Assembly: GCA_030390025.1 (NCBI GenBank)
Contig: JASTWF010000358.1
Coordinates: 310,001 to 374,000 of the forward strand
Source of the DNA: Squalus acanthias
Lineage: Eukaryota
Direction: 5' to 3'
Length of the DNA: 64,000 nt
The notes under the pieces are model-generated. The model was not told where the DNA came from and ran no database searches. It was given only the letters and a program-made list of their open reading frames with translations. Shown here in pieces: positions 1 to 8,722 of the stretch (positions are counted from its first letter, which is position 1; each line of letters starts with the position of its first letter). Position numbers and translations under genes: made by a program.

Positions 1-2
1 GC

Positions 3-2297
3 CGCACCAAGGATGTCGTGGTGTTTGGATGCTCCGGGGACACGGCCCCCATCGCGGTGGATGGGACCGGAAGACGGGAGGCTGAGGAGACCACCACCTA
101 TTTCCACAAGGGAAGGTGGCCAGGATGGCTGGGAACGAACTCGACTGAGTATTCCAGCACATCGGGGTTTGCCTACCAAGAGACTTCTTTAATGTGCCCC
201 AAAGTAAGGACCATCGCACCTAGGATCAGCGTCACCGTCGGCAAACGGATTTGTTTGACTTGTAGTGGGAATGTCCCATTGAGCCGATGGTGGTGGCTGC
301 GAAAGCTGAGCAAAACTATGAGGAACTCTTCGGTCGAGTGGGAACGACTGGGTAATAATACCCATCGGACAATTACGGGGACAAACGGACAAGTGAGAGT
401 CTGTTGGGACAAATGGTGGGAACCGGATGAGGGAATTTATGTATGCATGTGGGAGTCAAAGTACGCTTGCCCCAAAGGCATCTCCATATTTTTCATTAAT
501 CAATGGAAGGATAACGGACAGGGGATGAGGTGGGATGCGAGCACCAGGGGGTGCGGAGCCCCATACTCTTCGATCCCGGTAAATGCCACTGAACTCATTA
601 CGCGCCCACGCAAGGCCCCGCCCACAATTCCGGTGGTTCTAGCTAAAGAGGAAGGGTGCCCTAAAACTAGTAAGGGACCCGGGAATGGTTTGGTACTGGT
701 CCCCACAGACCAGATACTATTTCAGGGGGTACATTACGCGGTGGCCTCGGTGATTTTAAATCTCACCGAGGTGCGGTTACCAGAGTGGTGCCCCAAAAAG
801 ACGGAACAGTTGTATCAGGTCCTGTTGACCAAGATGTTCAGACAATTTTACGAATTCGATTTCGCGGAAATTGATAAAACAAGTTTGTACACCGCACCAC
901 ATGAAGTTTTGGATCAAGTAGGGAGGCAAAGAAGGGGTGTAGTGAACGATGCGTTCACTGCTTTTAACACGGGTACATCTGTGGTCAACGCTCTAGACAG
1001 TGTGGAGCTGCAGACCCAGATTAATGGTTTAAAGACGCAATTAAAAGACATTCTAACAGATGAGAATAAAGTGGTAGGGTCGGGTTTACACGAGGACCAA
1101 GCCATGACTCTCCATTTAAAGGAAATTATAGCAGAGTTAGAGAAACATGCAAAGACGGTAAATGCCCTGATTAGGGAAGATCGGAATGCATCCGATCAAG
1201 CTGCGCAGAATGAGGTGTGCGTGCTTTACGGGGCGTGGTTACTGGGCGAGGGCCGCAGTAATTTGGAGGATTTAAAACAAGGTTTGGTCCCGTCCTGGAT
1301 AAGTAACAAACTCCTGCGGGCGCTCCACCCTTTTCAGAACGCATTAAGTCCGTGCCAGCTCAGGCTAGCTTCAGAAGCATACCCAGTCCCCGTGGACTGC
1401 GGACGATCAAACCATACTATCATGGGTATAGTATTACGTATGCCGGTTTTGGGCGACACAGCAAAGCCCGCCCCGGTGTATCGGGTAGAGAACATTGTTG
1501 TCATTCAGGGGGGAGCCCACATTCGCTATGCAGCGGTTCCACCTTACGTCATCCGCTGGGAGCAAACGATGACAGGTACAGATCTCTCTGGTTGTCGTGG
1601 CAGGGGAGCACACATAATACTGTGTCCCCAGCACTTGAATGCCTTTTTAACACCACAGTGCGGGTTCAGAACGACTGGCGCCAAGTCCATGAATTGCACC
1701 ATGGAGGCAATGGCACAAGATCATGTGCCTCCGCAGGTAGCATACATCGGGGGTGGAACATATTGTGTTACCACTGCAGCGCAACACTACCAGCATGGAA
1801 ACCGCAGCCGGTGTCCGGTGAGTGACAGCAGTTTCTGTTTCAAACCCAGGGCGGAAGATCAAGTAGCACAACAGCGAATTGTCCCAATCCCTGAACCATC
1901 CACTGTTCATCTAACGGTAAAAGAGAATTTCACCGACTTGCAGCGATTCGTCGCGCATTTCGGATACCTCATTCCCCCTCTCCCTGAACACCTCACCAAG
2001 CTTTTAAAAGCCGTCGCGGTGTCACAGAAACATTTTTACACATTAGAGCAGAAAACTGTCGAAATAGGAACAGACATTCTGGATATAGTAATTCCACCGT
2101 GGTGGAATCTGTTCACCAACATTGAAGTGCCTTCATGGATCAGGATAGCCTCCCACATTTTAGTCGTATGCCAAGTTTTTATTGCAGTGTACCTATTGGT
2201 CGTACATTGTAAAAGAGACAAACGCCTCACCAAGCATGAAAACACGGGAGAGTGGCGAGAACGTTACGTGCGCGTGCACGATGAAAGTACCGTGTAA
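3..2297 (+). CDS. env: Envelope glycoprotein, 5'-truncated by the window edge; class I fusion protein resembling paramyxo/pneumovirus F, with an N-terminal Ig-like domain
   Basis: Open over 760 codons. Furin site RQRR, fusion peptide GVVNDAFTAFNTGTSVVNAL, heptad repeat, Cys-rich region (DLSGC...IILCP, GGGTYCVTT), TM segment WIRIASHILVVCQVFIAVYLLVV, short tail. Lies just before PPT and LTR. Confidence 0.9.
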   Translation, partial: RTKDVVVFGCSGDTAPIAVDGTGRREAEETTTYFHKGRWPGWLGTNSTEYSSTSGFAYQETSLMCPKVRTIAPRISVTVGKRICLTCSGNVPLSRWWWLRKLSKTMRNSSVEWERLGNNTHRTITGTNGQVRVCWDKWWEPDEGIYVCMWESKYACPKGISIFFINQWKDNGQGMRWDASTRGCGAPYSSIPVNATELITRPRKAPPTIPVVLAKEEGCPKTSKGPGNGLVLVPTDQILFQGVHYAVASVILNLTEVRLPEWCPKKTEQLYQVLLTKMFRQFYEFDFAEIDKTSLYTAPHEVLDQVGRQRRGVVNDAFTAFNTGTSVVNALDSVELQTQINGLKTQLKDILTDENKVVGSGLHEDQAMTLHLKEIIAELEKHAKTVNALIREDRNASDQAAQNEVCVLYGAWLLGEGRSNLEDLKQGLVPSWISNKLLRALHPFQNALSPCQLRLASEAYPVPVDCGRSNHTIMGIVLRMPVLGDTAKPAPVYRVENIVVIQGGAHIRYAAVPPYVIRWEQTMTGTDLSGCRGRGAHIILCPQHLNAFLTPQCGFRTTGAKSMNCTMEAMAQDHVPPQVAYIGGGTYCVTTAAQHYQHGNRSRCPVSDSSFCFKPRAEDQVAQQRIVPIPEPSTVHLTVKENFTDLQRFVAHFGYLIPPLPEHLTKLLKAVAVSQKHFYTLEQKTVEIGTDILDIVIPPWWNLFTNIEVPSWIRIASHILVVCQVFIAVYLLVVHCKRDKRLTKHENTGEWRERYVRVHDESTV

Positions 2298-2736
2298 TCG
2301 GAAAATGGCGTCACTCCCGCTCGCCACGTGCACCACGGAAGTTTGTACTCGATCATGTTTTTCAAAGACTGTAAATACGTTTGGAACTCGACATGTTTAA
2401 GAGTTGGTGTTTGATTATTTTGGTGATGGTGTTGTAGTTAAAAATGATTGTTTGGTTTTGGGTTTTGTTTTTCCTTTCCCTGAATAAAAATGTGAATATA
2501 CAGGTGATACAAGAGGCATCGGCCTGGTTACGCCGGGAAGGAAAACAAGTGGTGTAAGTTTAAAGGCAAATAATGCCTACGGTGCTATAAAGCGTAATTT
2601 CTTTGGGAAATAAGGACGACACAAAGACCCTAGATAGTTTAAGTTATGGGATTAAAATTTTCTGGATTCGGAGAAAATCGAGATAATATTGCTCACCACA
2701 TTATTTTTTGATACGATAAGCGGAGTTATTCGCATC

Positions 2737-2748
2737 AACAGGAGGGAC
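2737..2748 (+). promoter_or_regulatory. Polypurine tract of provirus A
   Basis: AACAGGAGGGAC abuts the LTR start TGTAGAATTC; the same sequence occurs reverse-complemented at 55969-55980. Confidence 0.8.
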
Positions 2749-4360
2749 TGTAGAATTCGCAATATATCGCGATTTTATTTAATAAGGAGAAAACACATAG
2801 TTTCGTTCAAACAGCTTTTATTTCAGCAGAATGCTGTCAGGTTTCAAAGTGGACACAAGCAGCTTGTAAAATGGCCGCCGCACCTCGTGGCGGAACATTC
2901 TAGACTTTTCGACAGGCAGACAAGATGGCGTTCCAATAAACATTTGTGCAAGATCGATTAAGACTCAGCACATTGAAGATAATACACGAGACATCATGGG
3001 TTTACAGTATACACATAAATACTGAAATCGGTCTCCCAGGTACGAATGAAAGCTATTGTACCAAGTAATCAAGAGCCCATCCAAAGACATTAATATGTAA
3101 AATCCCAACGACTCTACGATGAGAGAGCCGTTAGCGGGTAGTTACAGAAAACACTTGGAAGCCCAAAACCCCTCCAGGGAGAACACCGACCGATTAAACA
3201 ATGGGAGAAATATTAACAGGTACTCAGACATTTACGAGTAGCCCCGAAACCCATTAAAAAACGGAGATCACCCATACAAGACATTTGAGCGCCAAACCCT
3301 AACAAAAGGAAAAGACATTAAGGTTGGGCGGGAAACGGAAGATTTTGTACTATAATTACAAGCTCCAACCGTCCATCTCGCTTTTTATCTTGCTGGTGTT
3401 CATCCTCGTGGCTGCTCCTGTGTTTTTGACTCACCGTCTTGTTCCTGCTTGCCTCGTGTCTCTTTTTAAAAGACTGTTGAACTTTGTGATCCGCTCGGAT
3501 CTACCTCGTGTCGGGTCGCGAAGACCTGTATTGGTAACCGGTATCGGAACCAAAGGCCCGAGAAGAGATGAGATGAGATGAGATGGGAAGAGACGAAGAC
3601 CATACTTATCGCCACGGTCAGTAAGCCCCGACCGCGCCTGTAGGTCGAATTGACATTTTCCTTGCCAGGAAGACTTCTTTGAACTTTAAAGAATGGACAC
3701 CGGAAAATTCTTCTCTTAAGTGTTGACTGGAATGTGAAACCCACCAATACAGATCTTCATGACAGCAGACGTCCCAGCCTGCTAGCCGGAGCAGAAGCAA
3801 GTAAACAAGTGGGGCCAGGAGACCCCCTGATCGACACGTGGGTGCTGCGGTGAAAACATCCGATCAGCTATTCGGAATTTCTCGGAGTTATCACGAGTGG
3901 TGAGCATGAGTCTCGAATCCTACGAATCTAGTTTAGAATAGGTATTGATAGGGGAGGGTTTAAGTATTAAGGATAATTGTAATGTGTGCCCCCATTTACG
4001 GTGTGTCGTTCGTTCCTCGTTTCCCTGAAATCAGTTACATAACTGCGTGTAAGATTGTACTGTCATTAATCTGTGCTTATGACATGTATTTCGTAGTCTT
4101 AAGTATTATGCAATAAAGATTTTCCATTTCGTACCATTCAACCGAGTCTACCTGAGTTTCATCTCCATTACTGCTCTCGCATCTAAGTCTAGTGTCTAGA
4201 AACATAAGGGCGAGTGATTCGAACCACTCACAGGTGTGTCTAGTGCTCCCAGACTGGCTGGAGACCAGAACAGGCAACAAGGCCTAAACCCGCACTGACA
4301 TACAGGCTGCACAGAGCCACGCGAATCTCACAGGCTGAGAGACACGTCGAAACCCTTACA
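2749..4360 (+). repeat. 3' LTR of provirus A (1612 bp, subtype 1)
   Basis: TGTAGAATTCGC...CCCTTACA termini; homologous to five other LTR copies; internal (GAGAT)n; AATAAA at 2935 and 4112. Confidence 0.95.
4112..4117 (+). promoter_or_regulatory. Candidate LTR polyadenylation signal
   Basis: GCAATAAAGATTTTCC is conserved in all LTR copies about 220-245 nt before the LTR end. A second conserved AATAAA at 2935 makes the assignment uncertain. Confidence 0.5.
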
Positions 4361-5520
4361 ATGGCCTGGTCCTCGTGTAACCAGGACCCAACCACCTTAT
4401 TTTCATCTGTGAGAATGCTTTTTAATTGCGTTTTTAAGCCATTAATCTGGGTCTGCAGCTCCACGCTGTCTAGAGCGTTGACCACAGATGTACCTGTATT
4501 GAAAGCAGTGAACATGTCGTTCACAACACCCCTTCTTTGCCTCCCCACCTGACCCAAAACTTCATGTGGTGCGGTTTACAAACTTGTTTTATCAATTGCC
4601 GCGAAATCGAACTCATAAAATTGTCTAAACATCTTGGTCAACAGGACCTGATATAACTGTTCCGTCTTTTTGGGGCACCACTCTGGTAACCGCACCTCGG
4701 TGAGATTTAAAATCACCGAGGCCACCGCGTAATGTACCCCCTGAAATAGTATCTGGTCTGTGGGGACCAGTACCAAACCATTCCCGGGTCCCTTACTGGT
4801 TTTAGGGCACCCTTCTTCCTTAGCTAGAACCACCGGAATTGTGGGCGGGGCTTTGCGTGGACGCGTAATGAGTTCAGTGGCATTTACCGGGATCGGAGAG
4901 TATGGGGCTCCGCACCCCCTGGTGCTCGCATCCCACCTCATCCCCTGTCCGTTATCCTGCCATTGATTGATGAAAAATATGGAGATGCCTTTGGGGCAAA
5001 CGTGCTTTGACCCCCACATACATACATAAATTCCCTCATCCGGTTCCCACCATTTGTCCCAACAGACTTTCACTTGTCCGTTTGTCCCCGTAATTGTCCG
5101 ATGGGTATTATTACCCATTCGCTCCCACTCGACCGAAGAGTTCCTCATGTTTTTGCTCAGCTTTCGTAGCCACCACCATCGGCTCAATGGGACATTCCCA
5201 TTACAAGTCAAACAAATTCGTTTGTCGACGGTGACGCTCACTCTGGGTGCGATGATCCTCACTTTGGTGCACATTAAAGAAGTCTCTTTGTAGGCAAAAC
5301 CCGATGTACTGGAATACTCATTTGAATTCGTTCCCAGCCATCCTGGCCACCTTCCCTTGTGGAAATAGGTGGTGGTCTCCTCAGCCTCTCGCCTTCCGGT
5401 CCCATCCAACGCGATGGGGGCCGTGTCCCCGGAGCATCCAAACACCACGACATCCTTGGTGCGGCCTCGATAGGCCAATCCACATCCGATTGCCGCGAGC
5501 AATACTAGAATTCGTTCCAT
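4361..5520 (-). pseudogene. env: env of provirus B; premature stop at 4576-4578 and interrupted at 4360 by provirus A
   Basis: Signal peptide MERILVLLAAIGCGLA from ATG 5520; near-identical to env A; TAC>TAA after IDKTSL; the frame continues through RQRR/GVVND to HEDQA at 4361. Confidence 0.9.
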
Positions 5521-5818
5521 CCTTCCTTGGTTCCTGTGATCAGATAGAATGAGGTAGCCAGCCTCCCAAGAGTCTCTGGCTTTTGTGAAGGGTGAGCGGG
5601 TCCCCTGACCTCGCCTCACGTAAGAAGACATGTGCGCTGGATAGACTTTAACTATTCCTATCTCTAAAACTCCCATCATTTTACCTTTTTCTGTTAACAA
5701 AATTAAACTACCGACTTAACCTGATTTAAAAACTATAAACTCAAACTTATAAACTCATCCTAAACATATCACTCATCTTAATAACTGTACAGTGCCGCCC
5801 GCTCCCAAGGCGGCCCAC

Positions 5819-8718
5819 TCAAATTCTGCGGTTGCTGCCGCAGGCTTCTCCCAACGGTGGGAGGGCTTTGACCCCCCCCTTTGATCTGCCGCAGCCTGTC
5901 GCTGCTGCGCTGGGACTGGGATCTCCCTGAGCTGCCTTGACCTTGAACTTACGTCTGGGGACATACGGGGGATTTACCCATATCCTTCTGGGCTGGGGTG
6001 TCCGACCTGACCTACGGAGGACTACCGGGGGCAGGAACTCCAGGACTGACGGACCGGATTTCGAGACTTCCAGCGTGGCGACCCGTGGTCCCACCACAGT
6101 CGCTGGCTCCGCCTCCCCTGACTCTGCCTCCCTGAACTCGGGATCTGCAGCTTGTGGTACCGCCCTACTTGGCCCAGTAGGCGGCCCTTCACTCGCAGTC
6201 CCTACCTCCCTCGAGGGCAAGACGTTCAAGGCGGGCGGCTCGGGCTCTGAGGCTTCCATCGCCACGCCCTGTGGTCCCACCACAGCGGCTGGCTCCGCCT
6301 CCCCTAGCTCCGCCCCCCTGCATTCGGGACCTGCAGCTTCGGCCTCCACCCTGTGTGGATCTCTATCTGCAGCCCCTGTCTCCCCTATACCTGAATCGGG
6401 GGCGACCCTTTCGTCCTCCGATTCCAGCTCCTCTTCGCTTGTGTCACTATCTTCGTTGAGCTCCTCGAGCTCTTCCTCATCTGACTCCCAACCCAAATAA
6501 AGGATCCTACATTTTTCTAGGATGTCCTCTCCCCTGATGCAAGCTGCTTTGCCTGCCTGTGTGCCCTGTGGCCCTACCTGGGGCTGCGAGTCCCCACTCG
6601 CAGGTTTGGCCCCTGTGGTAGGCCCTTGTGCACCCGGCTTATACAGTTTGCACTGATTTAAATCCTCATTCTCCCTGCTTCTGGCTACCCTGTAGGCTGC
6701 CTTTATATCTCTGAGCTGTGCTTCTAGCATGAGCACGTCTAACTTTCCCATTAAGCGGGCGTTCTCCTCCCGCAGGGCCTGCTCTCTAAGCTGCCCTTCT
6801 AGCACGTCTACTTTCCCTATTAAACGGGCGTTCTCCTCCCGCAAGGCCTGCTCTTCTAACCTGGCCTCCCTACCGGAGACCGCCTCCTGTGTGTGTCTTT
6901 TAAAGGGACACAGGTAGGCAGGCTGCACCGGTTCCAGTCCGAAGTCCGGGTTGCCTGGGGCTGTTGCTACCTTTCCGTGAGAAATCATAAGAGACCGCAT
7001 GGCTCCCAACATTGATTCGATCGCATCGGGATGGATAGGTGCACTAGCTCCCCTATCGGAGACAGGCGCCTGGGCTCGGACTGCGGGATTTTTATCCCTG
7101 GACTCCTTCCAAGGGTTCCTGCAGTTCTTGCGCCAATGCCCTGTCTTCCCACACCCGTAACAAGCATTACTGGCCTGCGGGACGCGATTTCCCTCCTGAT
7201 GCCACTCCTTTTGAGCCGGGGCTGTGGGCCGCGCCTCATGCACCTTTCCCTTAAGGGGACGTGCTCCCGTACTCCTGGTATTACGGTACCCTACCGTGAG
7301 TCGATTTAGGACCGACTCCTCTGTAGTGGCGGGGTTAGTGGGATCAAACCACGCTTTGGCCTGCTCCCTGACGGCTGGCAAACTGTTGGCTACTATACAC
7401 CTGAGCCAATGAGTTAAACCGACACCGTCCAAATAGGCGCGCGCTGGTGCGCCTGGGCAGCTACGCTGGTATACTGGCCACAGCCTGTCGGCGAAAACCT
7501 TCGGGGGTTCTCTCTCCATCTGCACTGTTTGTCCCAATCTAACGAACGGACCTTCATCGTCCGCTCCCAACACTTCTAGGACCTCATCTCTTAACTCCCC
7601 ATAGGTATTATTTCCCCTCTTGCTCTCGTCTGAGAGACACTGAAGGATCGAGCTGTCTAATGAGAACAACAGCACTTTTGCTTTTTCCCCATCGTCGCAG
7701 CCGTTAATGGCTGCGGTTTGCTCTACCTCCCTGAAATGTATGGAAGGGTCGTCTGACTCGGACAGCTTCCGTACGTGACTGATCATAACCCTCAGCTGGT
7801 GTGAGCTGTGAGACAACACAAGCTGATTGAGGAGATCCCCCTGTGCCCCACCGTCGCTGTTCGGGCCCCTCTTGATACCCCTGACCGGACACAATGGTCC
7901 CGGCTTCACTTCTACCTCAGTGGGCTCTTCCTCTACTTCTACCACTTCCTTCCTCACCCAGGTTGCCGAATAGCTGGGTGGCGCAGAGGGCACAGTGGCA
8001 AATACCTCCTCTGCTTTGTTCGGTGGGGATTTCTGAAATTCCTCACCCACCAGCGGCTGGTGTGCTGACGGCTGATAAGGCACACCATGCCGTGCGCTTT
8101 ATTCAGGGCCTTTTTAAGGTTCCCTATCTCTCTTTGGCAGACGCTGTGATCGGCCCCCTGAAATTTATCCTCGAGGGCCATCTTATATGCCGCCCTAACC
8201 CCCGTTAAGCTCTCTTCCTGGGCTTTTATTTGGGCAGCGAGGCGGGCACATCGTTCCTTTATTCTGCCCTCATTTAACTTTGCCTCAGTGACCTGGCACT
8301 CGAGGTAATCTATTTTCGCCTCATGGTGGTTGGCGACTAATTGGCGTTCTTGATGTAACGCATTTAAAGACGCGATGAGCTGCTGCCCCCCCGCGACCTT
8401 CTCGTCCATTTCCACCTCTAAACCCTTGATCTGAGCTGCCTGCGCTAAGATAACCTGATCCGAAATTTGGACTTGTCTTTTATAGCACATCAGCCAGACC
8501 GCTTTCTCTACTGTTCTTTTATGTTCCTTGCTATCTGTCCACCTCACGGCTGCCTCTAGTGGACGCTTATCCACCAGCAGGTCACTTATCCATTTCTTAG
8601 TCAAATTCACTTTTCCAAACACATAATCTGCTATTCTCTCTTCCATGACATTTCGCCCATTCATACCAGGGTCTAACACATCATTTTCTCGCTGCCAGTG
8701 TCCCTTCGTGGTCGCCAT
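5819..8718 (-). pseudogene. gag: gag of provirus B (frameshift near 8060-8085), fused in frame to a coiled-coil insert and the integrase C-terminal tail
   Basis: ORF 8718-7954 is an N-terminal coiled coil. ORF 8083-5819 has PSAPPSY, MHR-like QMEREPPKVFADRL and the zinc knuckle CYGCGKTGHWRKNC; from NQCKLY (about 6660) it matches the tail of the C integrase ORF. Confidence 0.85.
8700..8717 (-). promoter_or_regulatory. Primer binding site, tRNA-Arg (TCG type)
   Basis: TGGCGACCACGAAGGGAC, 5 nt downstream of the LTR end. It is complementary to ...GTCCCTTCGTGGTCG-CCA, the 3' end of a vertebrate tRNA-Arg(TCG) as recalled, not searched. Confidence 0.85.
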
Positions 8719-8722
8719 TATC

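Larger units (their letters stand above)
1..4360 (+). mobile_element. Provirus A (lokiretrovirus-like endogenous retroelement), 3' part: env, 3' UTR, PPT and 3' LTR; nested in env of provirus B
   Basis: env ORF ends 2297, PPT at 2737-2748, LTR 2749-4360. The minus-strand env of B resumes immediately after it (atggcctggtcc..., compare the uninterrupted atggcttggtcc at 57608). Confidence 0.92.

Noticed and set aside
173..2400. Short overlapping or antisense ORFs over env (and over gag and pol elsewhere)
   Set aside because: They recur only because the copies are near-identical, and show no independent coding signal or recognisable motif.
8040..8100. Programmed ribosomal frameshift within gag
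   Set aside because: No X XXY YYZ slippery heptamer is visible in the overlap, so a 1-nt indel is simpler. No second gag copy is in the window to compare.
8700..8717. tRNA gene
   Set aside because: Only the 18-nt 3' end including CCA is present, which identifies a PBS rather than a gene.
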